The notes beneath the pieces are model-generated. The model was not told where the DNA came from, made no database searches, and saw only the letters and a list, made by a program, of their open reading frames with translations. DNA of 64,000 nt from Candidatus Bipolaricaulota bacterium (GTDB taxonomy: Bacteria > Patescibacteriota > Patescibacteriia > UBA11705 > DATKZF01), in the NCBI GenBank assembly GCA_035528115.1, contig DATKZF010000002.1, positions 5,751-69,750 on the forward strand, in the 5' to 3' direction. Made by a program: the position numbers and the translations under genes. Shown here in pieces: positions 17,961 to 28,452 of this stretch. Position 1 is the stretch's first letter. Every line of letters begins with the position of its first letter.

Positions 17961-20153
17961 TTACGGATTGGTGATTTCAAGCTTTATCTGGCCATTATAA
18001 TTCGGAATGACCGACACCTGATAGTCAAAGGATGAAACCCGTTGATTTTGAAGACTTAAATAAAACGTTAAATTTCTTGGATTGGTATAAAACTGAAAAT
18101 ACCCGTTTGAATCCGTTGTTGCCAATAATTTATATGGCGATACGACATCATGAATTTCAACATATCCAATTCCTTCTTTTGTAACTTTATCCACGACCCA
18201 ACCGGAAATCATTCCCTGATTGCTGTCATTGGGACTGTATGAATAGGTTATTTGTGGAGATTCGTAAGAATCATTGATTATTTCAAGCGTCATCTGGCCA
18301 TTATAATTTGGGACGACAGACACCAGATATTCACCGCTGGGCGAAGCCCAATGATTGTGGATGCGTATCTTAAACTTTAATATCTTTGGGTCGGTAGAAA
18401 TCTGAAAATACCCGTTTGAGTCGGTCGTAGCCAATACAAGCGGACTCATATATGAAGCGGCGGTAATTTCTACATTGGCAATACCTTGTTTTGTGACATT
18501 ATCAATAACCCGACCGGAAATCATCCCATTGTTGCTATCATTCGGACTATAAGAATAAGTTACTTGCGGATATTTATAATTATTGTTATCCGGAGTAAGG
18601 CTGAAATCAGCCCTATACGAATTACCCAAAATTATTGACTTTTCAGCGGGATACAAGTTACCACTATACGCCTTAATTAAAAGGCTCTTGCCTCTAGTCC
18701 CGTAAAAATTAAATGAATACTCACCATTAATGTCTGTGCGGACATAAACGCGAGAGTTGCCCTGCAAAGCAGCTACTTCTACGGCCGGAATCGGCTGTCC
18801 GGTAACGCTGTTCGTCACTTTACCTCTAATTAAGAAGTATTCGAAATTCGGAATATTGCATGTCGGGCAAAGCGTTGGATTATTTATCTCGGGACGAATT
18901 TCAACTCTATAATCAGCAATGACTGAAACCTGATATCTAATTGATGTATCAGGAGAATAATCCAAATCCTTAGCGCTAAAATAAAGATTGATTACGCCGG
19001 GGACGTGATAAAAACTGAAATACCCATTAGAATCAGTAATCGGCTGATTTTTAAAACTAACCGGTTCACCGGCGACGCCCACCATAACATTGCCGATTCC
19101 TTTTTTAGTTGTTTTATCGATCAAAAATCCTGAGACTAACCCTTGCTTCACTTTATATCCATCAGGGGTTGGGCTATAGGAATAAGAAGCTGTAGGAATT
19201 TTTACTACCGTCTCTTCAACCGGATAATAAACAATGCTAAAATTCACCTGATTAGTATTACCCAATACAATGGATTTTTGATATGAATTGTAATTATCTT
19301 GCGACGCGGTTAAACGTATTGATTGCCCGTTTATTGCATATATCCGCAATGAATAATTACCGTTAACATCCGTTCTGTCTGAAGATGAATTTATTGAATT
19401 GGTTATCAAAATATTTGGTACCGGCTGACCATTCGCGCTATTTATCACCTTACCGCTGATCGTGAAGTATTGATAATTTTCGCTTACAGGAGTGGGCACT
19501 GTGCCTCCCGTCGGATAAACATAACCCGTATTCACCGAAATCTGCGACAAATCGGAATTGGTGATGCCAAGTCCTAATTTTCGCATCATGGTGTAAGCCG
19601 CGTCGGCACTACCCAAATAATATCTTCGTCCGTCCGAAGGATTAACATACCAAGCTTCGCCCGCGTGCTGAACCTGTAAAAATATTTTGCCTTTTTGATT
19701 ATTGGCGAAATTTAAATCAACGACTTTGTTGCCGAATCGAATGATCGGGCTGTAGCCGTTTAAAACTTCCGTTTTATCTTCATAACCATCGCCATCGCTG
19801 TCGCGAGAATTGGGATTGGAACCGAGTGATCTTTCGATCACATCAGCCAAACCGTCGCCGTCAGCGTCAATGCCATCGACATTCCAAGTGCCCAAAGGGA
19901 TTTTCATCAAATCCGCGTTGGTGATGCCGATCCCCAGGCTTCTCATTAAATTATAAGCGGCCGCGCCATCGGCCAAATAGATTCTTTTATTGTCGGCCGG
20001 ATTGACATACCAGGCTTCGCCATGATTTTGCACCTGCAATAAAATCTTGCCGGACAAACGCTCGGACATGGTCTGGGCAGAGCCGGAAACAGGTAAAATT
20101 AGCGAAAAAACTAACAGAAATAAACAACTTGAGATAATCAATGATTTTTTCAT
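17961..20153 (-). CDS. Secreted surface protein: two GKI-LQVQ--GEAWYVNP repeats, DxDGDG Ca-binding motif, five carboxypeptidase-regulatory-like beta domains
   Basis: Signal peptide; repeated ISG-V.....TDSNGYF modules. Confidence 0.85.
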   Translation of the reverse strand: MKKSLIISSCLFLLVFSLILPVSGSAQTMSERLSGKILLQVQNHGEAWYVNPADNKRIYLADGAAAYNLMRSLGIGITNADLMKIPLGTWNVDGIDADGDGLADVIERSLGSNPNSRDSDGDGYEDKTEVLNGYSPIIRFGNKVVDLNFANNQKGKIFLQVQHAGEAWYVNPSDGRRYYLGSADAAYTMMRKLGLGITNSDLSQISVNTGYVYPTGGTVPTPVSENYQYFTISGKVINSANGQPVPNILITNSINSSSDRTDVNGNYSLRIYAINGQSIRLTASQDNYNSYQKSIVLGNTNQVNFSIVYYPVEETVVKIPTASYSYSPTPDGYKVKQGLVSGFLIDKTTKKGIGNVMVGVAGEPVSFKNQPITDSNGYFSFYHVPGVINLYFSAKDLDYSPDTSIRYQVSVIADYRVEIRPEINNPTLCPTCNIPNFEYFLIRGKVTNSVTGQPIPAVEVAALQGNSRVYVRTDINGEYSFNFYGTRGKSLLIKAYSGNLYPAEKSIILGNSYRADFSLTPDNNNYKYPQVTYSYSPNDSNNGMISGRVIDNVTKQGIANVEITAASYMSPLVLATTDSNGYFQISTDPKILKFKIRIHNHWASPSGEYLVSVVPNYNGQMTLEIINDSYESPQITYSYSPNDSNQGMISGWVVDKVTKEGIGYVEIHDVVSPYKLLATTDSNGYFQFYTNPRNLTFYLSLQNQRVSSFDYQVSVIPNYNGQIKLEITNP

Positions 20154-20305
20154 AACTCACTATTTATTATTAACTTGAAATTTTAGCATATTAAAGCTAT
20201 AAAGTCAAGCACTATTCCTAATTACAATTTAACATTTAAAATGGCTTTTCTTCAAACAAAAAACATCGAACAGATATCGATGCCGCTGAATGAATTTCAA
20301 TTTTC

Positions 20306-20353
20306 AGGAAAAGATTTCTCCACGCGCCCTTATGGGCTTGGTCGAAATGACAA
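20306..20353. repeat. REP-like palindromic element, copy 1
   Basis: AGGAAAAGATTTCTCCAC...GGTCGAAATGACAA ends shared with 63306-63371. Confidence 0.7.
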
Positions 20354-20396
20354 AAAGATACTACTCCCTATTCCCTTTTGCCTATTGCCTCAATTG

Positions 20397-22055
20397 CTAC
20401 TGCCCCGCTTCCCTGATCGATTCTTCCGCAATATCGAGTTTTCCTTTCCTTCTCCACAACCGACGAGCCAAACCGTCTTTTAACCGCAACATCTCTTCGC
20501 TTTTCAATAAATATGAAATCAAAACAAAACAAGCCAAGCCCACTGAACCGGCCACCGCGCCCTGAATGAATATGCCCCAAAATTTTTGCATATCCACGAC
20601 GCGACCTAAAATTTCCTTTGACAATTGAATGGCAATGGCCATGCCTATGGCCGCCAAGGACATTTTGCCCAAAGACGCGGCGATTCTTTTGATTCCGAAA
20701 TCCCCGACTCTGGATCGCAAGAAAACGAACAGCAACGCGAAGTTAACCACATTGGAAACCGTAAAAGCGAAAGACAATCCCATCACCCCGTAATTTTCAA
20801 CCAACAGCAAGCTTAGCGCTATATTGATGGTCATGGAAATCAAACTGATGATAAATGGAACCATAGTGTTTTGCATGGCGTAATACGCTCTGGCCAAAAG
20901 CGGGATCAATGACTGCGCGAAAAGGCTCAGAGCGAAAACCCCAAGCACGTCCGCGGTCAAAATCGTCTCGGTCCAACCGAATTGTCCGGCGCCCAAAACT
21001 ATTCTGACGATTTGAATTCGCAATAAAATAAAAATAATGGTGAACGGCACGGTAAACAACAAAATTTGCCGCAAAGTCGTTTCCAGAGAATTTTTAAAAT
21101 CTCCCATGTTCTTTTTGGCGAAAGCAATCGACATGGCCGGAAAGGCCGCCAATGAAAACGCGATGCCGAAAAGGCCTATCGGGAAGCTTTGCAGGTTCGT
21201 GGCGAAGTTGTAAATGGTAATGCTGCCGGCCGTGAGGGTCGAACCCAGAATCGTCACCACGATCAGATTCAATTGAGCCGTGGCGAGTCCCATGGTGCGA
21301 GGAATCATCATCCGGCCGATCTTTCTGATGTTTTTATTTCTCAATTGAAAAACGGGACGATAGCGAAATCCCAGATCAATGGCCACGGGCAACTGCAAAA
21401 TCATGTGCAAAAAAGCTCCCAAAACCACGCCGATCGCCAATCCGTAAATGCCGACATAATCGACTATGAAAAAAGCTCCCAAAATAATGCCCAAATTGTA
21501 CATGATCGGCGCCAAGGAAAAAAGCAAAAATCTTTTGAATGACTGGAGCACGCCTCCGAAGATGCCGCTGATGCCCAAAAAGATCGGACTCAAAAACATT
21601 ATTCTGGTCAAATTCACGGTGACTTGCAGCTGTTCGCCGTTAAAACCCGGGGCGATGTATTTCATCAACCACGGCGTGGCGATAAATAATATACCGCAGG
21701 CCACGGTCAGAAAAATCAAAACCGTGTTCAAAACATTATTCACCAAATCCCATGCGTCTTTATTAGATTCATAACCTTCTTTGTCATGTTTTTTTAACAG
21801 CGAAGTGAATACGGGAATAAAACCGGCTGACAGCGCGCCCAAAATAACCAAATTATAAATCAAATCCGGCACGCGAAAAGCGGCATAATACATGTCCAGC
21901 TCGGCGCCGGCGCCAAATTGTGAGGCCAAGACTCTGTCTCGCACAACACCCAGAAGCCGACTGGCCAACGAAGCAATGCTTATAATGGCCGCGCCGGAAA
22001 TTATCGACGAGCTTTTTGAGTTTAAAAATTTTTTTATTTTGCTTAAAGCTATCAT
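20397..22055 (-). CDS. murJ: Lipid II flippase MurJ (MviN)
   Basis: SRLLGVVRD, YYAAFRVPD, GALSAGFIPVF; about 14 TM. Confidence 0.95.
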   Translation of the reverse strand: MIALSKIKKFLNSKSSSIISGAAIISIASLASRLLGVVRDRVLASQFGAGAELDMYYAAFRVPDLIYNLVILGALSAGFIPVFTSLLKKHDKEGYESNKDAWDLVNNVLNTVLIFLTVACGILFIATPWLMKYIAPGFNGEQLQVTVNLTRIMFLSPIFLGISGIFGGVLQSFKRFLLFSLAPIMYNLGIILGAFFIVDYVGIYGLAIGVVLGAFLHMILQLPVAIDLGFRYRPVFQLRNKNIRKIGRMMIPRTMGLATAQLNLIVVTILGSTLTAGSITIYNFATNLQSFPIGLFGIAFSLAAFPAMSIAFAKKNMGDFKNSLETTLRQILLFTVPFTIIFILLRIQIVRIVLGAGQFGWTETILTADVLGVFALSLFAQSLIPLLARAYYAMQNTMVPFIISLISMTINIALSLLLVENYGVMGLSFAFTVSNVVNFALLFVFLRSRVGDFGIKRIAASLGKMSLAAIGMAIAIQLSKEILGRVVDMQKFWGIFIQGAVAGSVGLACFVLISYLLKSEEMLRLKDGLARRLWRRKGKLDIAEESIREAGQ

Positions 22056-22065
22056 TTACTTTATT

Positions 22066-22161
22066 GTTACGAGATTTACAAGATTTTTGTACAAAATCTT
22101 ACAGATTATATAGTTCCATATCTTGTACTATCTGGTATGTAAATCTTGTAGATCTCGTAAC
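22066..22161. repeat. Degenerate TACAAGAT/ATCTTGTA inverted repeat tract
   Basis: About 4 forward then 4 reverse units forming a hairpin between ackA and murJ. Confidence 0.7.
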
Positions 22162-23243
22162 TAACATATTAATTTAGCCATCATCAATTCCTCATTGGCC
22201 GGCACTACCAACACTTTTGCTTTGATCGGCAATCCCGATATTATCAATTTTCTGATTTGCCCGCTTCTTTCCCCGATTCCGGCGGTGAACGCAATGGCGT
22301 CAACTTTGCCCAAAACAGCGGCGTACGCGCCTATGTATTTTTTGATTCTGTAAACAAACATGTCCAAAGCGAGCTTGGCTGGCTTTTTTTCGGAAGCTAA
22401 AATTTCGCGCATGTCCTTGAAACCGGAGACGCCGTAAAACCCCGATTCGAAATTTAACATTTTTTCAATCGCGGGCAATTTATAACCTTTTTTATTCAAA
22501 TGAAAAACAATGGCCGGATCGATATCTCCGCTTCTGGTGGCCATCATCAAGCCTTCAAGCGGCGTAAAACCCATGGATGTATCTATTGGTTTGCCATTTT
22601 GAATGGCGGAAATACTGCATCCCGAACCCAAATGGCAGGTTATCAAATTCAGCCGACTTAATTTTTTATTCAGTCTTTTTGAGCTGTTTTCAGCCACAAA
22701 CTGATGAGATAATCCATGAAATCCGTAACGTCTGATGTTCATTTTTTCCGTCAGCTTCATCGGTAAAGGATAATACTTTGTCCGATCGGGCAAATCATGA
22801 AAAAAGGCGGTGTCAAAGCAGGCGTAGTTTTTAGCTTGTGGCAACAGCTTTATAACCGCCTTAATTCCTGCCAAATTATGCGGATTATGAAGCGGAGCCA
22901 AGTCGTTTAATTTTTCCAATTCCTTAATATTTTTTGAATTGACCAAAAGCGGTTTATAAAACTTTTCTCCGCCATGAACATAACGGTGTCCGACTTTTTT
23001 CATGGATGAAAGATCGATTTTTTTCGATGTCAAAAACAAAAAAACAGCGGTAATCGCCTCATGATGATTTTTTATTTTAACTATAGTCTTATGGCCGTCA
23101 AAGTCGCAAAACGATTGACCGCTAATTTGCTCCACTATCCCTGCATGAAGCTTCTTTAAATTTTGATCAAACAATTTGAATTTTACACTGGAGGAACCGG
23201 CATTGATTATTAATATCAAATTTCCCATACCAAAATTACTCAA
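22161..23243 (-). CDS. ackA: Acetate kinase
   Basis: INAGSSSVKF, GHRYVHGG, LAPLHNP, RYGFHG, DTSMGFTPLEG. Confidence 0.95.
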   Translation of the reverse strand: MSNFGMGNLILIINAGSSSVKFKLFDQNLKKLHAGIVEQISGQSFCDFDGHKTIVKIKNHHEAITAVFLFLTSKKIDLSSMKKVGHRYVHGGEKFYKPLLVNSKNIKELEKLNDLAPLHNPHNLAGIKAVIKLLPQAKNYACFDTAFFHDLPDRTKYYPLPMKLTEKMNIRRYGFHGLSHQFVAENSSKRLNKKLSRLNLITCHLGSGCSISAIQNGKPIDTSMGFTPLEGLMMATRSGDIDPAIVFHLNKKGYKLPAIEKMLNFESGFYGVSGFKDMREILASEKKPAKLALDMFVYRIKKYIGAYAAVLGKVDAIAFTAGIGERSGQIRKLIISGLPIKAKVLVVPANEELMMAKLIC

Positions 23244-23799
23244 TTATAAGCTCTCCCTCTCCAACCGGCGCCAAATCGGCCGCATTGCCTTCATCAGTGT
23301 CTATTTGAAACGATTGGTCGAAATTCCCTTTCACGCGAATAACAACTTGGTCAAAAACCAAAGCGCGGTCGCCGCCGACTTTTACCTTAACAATATCGCC
23401 GTTCTTTAAACCAAGCTCCGTAGCTTGCGACTCGGAAAGATGAACATGGCGCTTGGCCACTATCAAACCTTCCTTTAACTCCGCTTCTCCCGCCGGACCT
23501 ATGATTTTGATGGCTCCGGAACCGGCCACATCTCCGGAAACCCTGAGCGGGGCTTCGCTGCCGAGAAAAAAAGCGTCCGTTCTGGAAATTTCAACTTGCG
23601 TGTTCACTCTGACCGGACCGATCACGGTCACGTTTTCCAATTGCCTTTTCGGACCGACTAAAGTCACCTTGGCTGAACTGGCGAATTCGCCGTGCTGGGA
23701 TAATTCTTTTCCCGGCTCCAATTTATAACCCTTGCCGAATAATTTTTCCAAATCCTTTTGACATAAATGCAAGTGGCGGGCGGAGATTTCTATTTTCAT
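23236..23799 (-). CDS. pduL: Phosphate propanoyl/acetyltransferase PduL
   Basis: SARHLHL, QVEISRTD, KRHVHL, IDTDEGNA. Confidence 0.9.
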   Translation of the reverse strand: MKIEISARHLHLCQKDLEKLFGKGYKLEPGKELSQHGEFASSAKVTLVGPKRQLENVTVIGPVRVNTQVEISRTDAFFLGSEAPLRVSGDVAGSGAIKIIGPAGEAELKEGLIVAKRHVHLSESQATELGLKNGDIVKVKVGGDRALVFDQVVIRVKGNFDQSFQIDTDEGNAADLAPVGEGELIIE

Positions 23800-23852
23800 A
23801 TTTTTTTGAATTTACAAGATTACAAGATCAGTGTACAAGATATACAAGATTC

Positions 23853-24254
23853 CTAATCTTGTGACTTTTTCTGATGCTCAGGATCATTTACGACTCGACG
23901 AACCTGAACTTCTTCGCTATTAAATAAAATTATCAGGCCTAATCTCAAATCTGTTGCCACAAGATATTCATATAATTGATCAAAATGTTTTTTTATTATT
24001 TTTTTTCCGACTTTCAATTCAACTAGCATTTTATTTTCTATCAAGAAATCCGCTCTCCTTCTGACAGAGTATTTCCCCTTATGCAATAAATTTATCGCAT
24101 ATTGCCTTTGGACACGAATGCCCTTCTCCATTATCATTTGATAAGCTATATCCTCATAATATCTTTCCCTGAAGCCAAAATCATTTTCATTATAAACCTC
24201 AAAAAATATTCCAATTATCTTATCACTCAAATCTTTATAATAAAACTCTGGCAT
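23853..24254 (-). CDS. GxxExxY protein (PD-(D/E)XK nuclease-like)
   Basis: GFRERYY, RADFLIENKMLVELKV, QLYEYL, GLIILF. Confidence 0.88.
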   Translation of the reverse strand: MPEFYYKDLSDKIIGIFFEVYNENDFGFRERYYEDIAYQMIMEKGIRVQRQYAINLLHKGKYSVRRRADFLIENKMLVELKVGKKIIKKHFDQLYEYLVATDLRLGLIILFNSEEVQVRRVVNDPEHQKKSQD

Positions 24255-24265
24255 ATATTAACAAT

Positions 24266-24366
24266 CTACAAAATCACGAGATCAACGTACAAGATACCAA
24301 ATACGCTAATCTTGTACATCTTGTAATCCGTATAATCTTGTAACGCAATATCTTGTAATCTCGTAA
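24266..24366. repeat. TACAAGAT/ATCTTGTA repeat tract upstream of GxxExxY gene (second tract at 23811-23864)
   Basis: Multiple degenerate octamer units in both orientations. Confidence 0.7.
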
Positions 24367-24371
24367 ATTAA

Positions 24372-25337
24372 TTATTTACTTAAAAGTCCGTTCTGCGCCC
24401 CGATCTTCGCCACCACTGCTCCGCTGTTTTTCAATCCCAAATCCAAAGCTTTTTTCGCGTCATGATCGTATTTTATCAATCCGGCCAAAAAACCCGAGCC
24501 GAAAGCATCGCCAGCGCCGACTGTGTCCACGACGTTTTTTCCCATGGCCGGCAGATGATAAAACTTGCCCGCCGCGTCCAAAAGATTGGCGCCGCCGGCG
24601 CCTTCGGTCACCACCACGGCGATCGGGCCGAGTTGCTTTAATTTATTCGTTAGAAATTTCACGTTGTTTAATTTCGAACTTTTTCCAAAAAAAGTCATGA
24701 CCAGTTGTATTGCTTCGTCTTTATTTACAATCAAAATTTCTGTCTGCGTTAAAAACGGCAACATCAAAGAAACCCGATTAATTTGCTTTTGTCCGGGGTT
24801 CCAAACGATAAGCGAAGCGTCCTTTCTGGCTTTGTTAAAAACTTTTTTTAATTCAACTTCCCAATTTTTCTGGCTTTGAGCGGCGACATAAAAATAATCG
24901 GCTTTGAATTCAGTGAGCAGGGTTTGAGAATAACTAAAATTTGCGCTCGCGCCTTTGTGAGTGAAAATGACGTGATCTTTAAATTTTTTCGAACCCAAAA
25001 TAAAAGAAAAGCCGGTCAGCTCTTTTTTATTTTTTAAAATCAAGGAAACATCAATTCCGTTTTTCTTGAAATTCTCAAGCATCTGATCGGAATCATCTCC
25101 CACGCAGCCCACCGGCGCGACTTTGATCCCCAGTTTATTCAAACCAAAGGAAACATTGCCCGCTCCCCCGCCGAAATTATAATAAACCTTATCAATCGGC
25201 AGTTTGGCGCCGTACTCGAAAGCGAACATTTTCTGGCGCGTCAAATCTTTTTTGTTTTCAATGACAAAAACCTCGTCGCTGAAAAACTCGATGTCTTTGA
25301 TCAAACTTCCAAAAACGGCGACCTGATATTTCTTCAT
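24372..25337 (-). CDS. PfkB-family carbohydrate kinase
   Basis: GGGAGNV, VDTVGAGDAFGSGF. Confidence 0.92.
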   Translation of the reverse strand: MKKYQVAVFGSLIKDIEFFSDEVFVIENKKDLTRQKMFAFEYGAKLPIDKVYYNFGGGAGNVSFGLNKLGIKVAPVGCVGDDSDQMLENFKKNGIDVSLILKNKKELTGFSFILGSKKFKDHVIFTHKGASANFSYSQTLLTEFKADYFYVAAQSQKNWEVELKKVFNKARKDASLIVWNPGQKQINRVSLMLPFLTQTEILIVNKDEAIQLVMTFFGKSSKLNNVKFLTNKLKQLGPIAVVVTEGAGGANLLDAAGKFYHLPAMGKNVVDTVGAGDAFGSGFLAGLIKYDHDAKKALDLGLKNSGAVVAKIGAQNGLLSK

Positions 25338-25341
25338 AAAT

Positions 25342-26715
25342 TTATTTTAACTTTTCGCTTAAATAATCTTTCAACTCTCCAACCTTCACTCTCTCCTGCT
25401 TCATCGAATCCCGATCTCTGACCGTCACCGAATCATCTTTTTCAATGGTGTCAAAATCAATGGTCACGCAATACGGCGTGCCGATTTCGTCTTGTCGTCG
25501 GTAACGTTTGCCGATATTGCCGTTGTCGTCAAATTCAACCAGCCAATTTTTTCTCAAGGAATCATAAACTTCTCTGGCTTTTTCAACCAGCTTGGGTTTG
25601 TTTTTAAGCAACGGAAACACGGCCACTTTGATCGGCGCCAGCGATATTGGAAATTTCATCACCACTCGTTCGCCATCATCAAGTTTTTCTTCATTGTACG
25701 CTGACAGCAACGCAAGCAAAATACTTCTTTCCAAACCGAAAGTGGGCTCAATCACGTGCGGAATATATTTTTCTCCGGTTCCCGGATCCGTATATTCCAA
25801 TTTTTGACCGGTGGCTTTGGCGTGACTGGTCAAATCAAAATCGGTTCGATTAGCCAAACCGAAAAGCTCGTTGAAACCAAACGGATAATTATATTCAATA
25901 TCAACCGTCTTTTTGGAATAATGACACAATTTTTCCTTCGGATGTTCGCGACGACGCAAATCTTTTTTATCCGCTCCCAGACTCAAAGCGAAAGATTCCT
26001 GATCGTCCAGCCAAGTATCAAACATCTTTTTCCATTTGTCTTTGGGAGAAATGAAGTATTCGATCTCCATTATTTCAAATTCCCTTAACCTAAATATAAA
26101 ATTGCCGGCTACGATCTCATTGCGAAAAGATTTACCGATCTGGGCGATGCCGAAAGGAATTTTAACCCTGGACGAATCCAAAACATTTTTAAAATCAATA
26201 AAAATAGCGCCGGCTGTTTCCGGGCGCAAATAAACAACACTTTCAGCTTCGTCGCTGACATTGTTCATTTCCGTTTTGAACATCATGTTAAACCCGCGCG
26301 CTTCCGTCCAATCAATTGACCCGCACACCGGACACTTTATCTTTCCTTTTTTCAAAACTTCGTTCATTTTCTTCAAATCGCCTTCCAAATCAAGCCCGGT
26401 CGCGTCTTCGACCAAATGATCCGCGCGAAATCTATGTTTGCATTTTTTGCAATCCACCAAAGCGTCGTTGAAGCCTTTGGTATGCCCGGAAGCTTCCCAT
26501 AATTTGGGATGCAATAAAATGGGACCGTCAATTCCCACGATGTCGGGTCTATTGTGAACAAACGTTTTCCACCACAAATTTTTAATGTTTTTTTTCAGCT
26601 CAACGCCGTAAGGCCCGTAGCTATAAGTTCCGGCCAAACCTCCATAAATTTCCGAACCGGGATAGACGAAGCCTCGACGTTTGCACAAGCTGACTAATTT
26701 TTCCATTGTATCCAT
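25342..26715 (-). CDS. glyQS: Glycine--tRNA ligase (homodimeric type)
   Basis: LCKRRGF, YLRPETA, GKSFRNEI, IEPTFG, IGKRYRRQDEIGTP. Confidence 0.96.
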   Translation of the reverse strand: MDTMEKLVSLCKRRGFVYPGSEIYGGLAGTYSYGPYGVELKKNIKNLWWKTFVHNRPDIVGIDGPILLHPKLWEASGHTKGFNDALVDCKKCKHRFRADHLVEDATGLDLEGDLKKMNEVLKKGKIKCPVCGSIDWTEARGFNMMFKTEMNNVSDEAESVVYLRPETAGAIFIDFKNVLDSSRVKIPFGIAQIGKSFRNEIVAGNFIFRLREFEIMEIEYFISPKDKWKKMFDTWLDDQESFALSLGADKKDLRRREHPKEKLCHYSKKTVDIEYNYPFGFNELFGLANRTDFDLTSHAKATGQKLEYTDPGTGEKYIPHVIEPTFGLERSILLALLSAYNEEKLDDGERVVMKFPISLAPIKVAVFPLLKNKPKLVEKAREVYDSLRKNWLVEFDDNGNIGKRYRRQDEIGTPYCVTIDFDTIEKDDSVTVRDRDSMKQERVKVGELKDYLSEKLK

Positions 26716-26777
26716 ATTTTTTCATCGATCACGTATCATGGATCACATATCATTTCGAAATGCCCCATGTTCCATGA

Positions 26778-27332
26778 CTATATAGTCATTATTTCCTTCC
26801 TCTTCTTCTCCGCCATTTCTTCCAGGTTTTTGTTTAACGCTTCCACGTGTTTATCCAGTTCCTCGCGATAAGCGTAGCGATTGTCTTCGGTGAGTTCAGA
26901 AGCTTTAAACGCTTTTTCAATTTCTTCTTTCACCTTGTCTCTCAATTGCCTGACGCTGATTTTGGCGGTTTCCAATTTCTCGCCCAAAAGTTTAACGAGA
27001 TTTTTCCTTGACTCCTCGGTCATTTGCGGAAAGACGACGCGCACCACCGTATCGTCTATTGAAGTGCTAACGCCCAAATTCGCCTCAGAAATGGCCTTTT
27101 CAATGCTTTTGAGCAATGTTTTATCCCAGGGCTCGATTCTAAGCGACCGAGCTTCGGGCACGGAAATGCTGGCCAATTGCTTCAATGGCGTGGGCGCGCC
27201 ATAGGCGTCCGCGAAAAGCCCCTCGACCATGGCCGGATTGGCTCGACCGGTTCTGATTTTCGATAATTCCTCTCGAAAAAAATCCATGGAATTTTCAAAA
27301 GCCTCTTTAAATTTGCTTATAAATTCATTCAT
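26778..27332 (-). CDS. frr: Ribosome recycling factor
   Basis: IRTGRANP, YGAPTPLKQLASI, PWDK. Confidence 0.95.
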   Translation of the reverse strand: MNEFISKFKEAFENSMDFFREELSKIRTGRANPAMVEGLFADAYGAPTPLKQLASISVPEARSLRIEPWDKTLLKSIEKAISEANLGVSTSIDDTVVRVVFPQMTEESRKNLVKLLGEKLETAKISVRQLRDKVKEEIEKAFKASELTEDNRYAYREELDKHVEALNKNLEEMAEKKRKEIMTI

Positions 27333-27389
27333 ACGTTTAATTAATAACTAATTTAACTTTTCAAACCACTCTAACTATGAACTTTTAAA

Positions 27390-28448
27390 TTATTGCTCGT
27401 ACGATCTTACCCCCAAATAAATGACATTACCGTCCTCCGGATGCACGGTCAAGGCTCTGCCCGCTCTCGTGGTCGGCAATTTGGACGCGCTCCAGGTCTC
27501 GCCGCCATCCGCGCTGCGATAATAATTGGTATCGGTCGCGTAGTATATCTCATTGCCGTTTTTGGGGTTGATGGCCATGGAAAATATTTTGGTAGCATCG
27601 GGTTCTGTCAATAATTTCACTTCCTGCCAAGTCGCGCCGCTATCGACCGATTTCAAAATTCCGTAACCGGTGGCGTACAAAAGTGCGCCCGTTTGCCGAG
27701 ACTGGGCAATTTCAATCGATCTGCCAGCGTTGCTGAATTCTCTCAATTGATCTCGCAAACTCTGCCAATTTTGACCGCTGTCCGAGCTTTTATAAAGATA
27801 ATTTTTTTCCGTGCCCACGTAAAGCTTGCGAGAATCATCTTTATCCAAAACGATTTGATTGACTCTTGAAGGAAAATTATAAAGTCTTTCCCAATTTTTT
27901 CCGGCGTCCTGGCTTTTATAGAAATCCCCGGAATCAAGTCCGATATAAACCATGTCGGAATTGTAATAATCCACCGTCACCGCGGTCACCAATTGTCCGG
28001 CCGCCACCTTGAATACGTCTTCCCATTCTCTGGCGCAAGTCGAAGATTTGACCAATCTGGTATTGATGGCTACATAAATGGCGCAAGGATTTTTCGAATC
28101 CACATCCACTCCTCTGACAAAACCGGAATTCAAATCATCCACGGGCATCCAGCCATTGCCGTTATTGATCGAATAAAACAAACCATTTTCCGCGGTGGAC
28201 AAATACAGCACGTTCGAATCGCTCGGATCAAAAGTAAAATCCACCACATTGACGTCGCCGATCGTTCCCGGTGTCGCGCCCGGAGTCATCAAGTCCACTT
28301 TTCTTCCCCAATTTTCTCCGTTATCCGCGGAAATGAACACACCGCCCAAGTTTTGATCCGTCTGTTTATCGCCGCCCAATTTGATGCATCCCGACAGCGA
28401 AATCATCAATAAAATCGCCGCGCAGACAACTGATATTTTTTTTGGCAT
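27390..28448 (-). CDS. BNR/Asp-box beta-propeller lipoprotein (Ycf48/sortilin-like)
   Basis: LSGC lipobox; repeated S-D-G--W motifs. Confidence 0.85.
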   Translation of the reverse strand: MPKKISVVCAAILLMISLSGCIKLGGDKQTDQNLGGVFISADNGENWGRKVDLMTPGATPGTIGDVNVVDFTFDPSDSNVLYLSTAENGLFYSINNGNGWMPVDDLNSGFVRGVDVDSKNPCAIYVAINTRLVKSSTCAREWEDVFKVAAGQLVTAVTVDYYNSDMVYIGLDSGDFYKSQDAGKNWERLYNFPSRVNQIVLDKDDSRKLYVGTEKNYLYKSSDSGQNWQSLRDQLREFSNAGRSIEIAQSRQTGALLYATGYGILKSVDSGATWQEVKLLTEPDATKIFSMAINPKNGNEIYYATDTNYYRSADGGETWSASKLPTTRAGRALTVHPEDGNVIYLGVRSYEQ

Positions 28449-28452
28449 AAAT

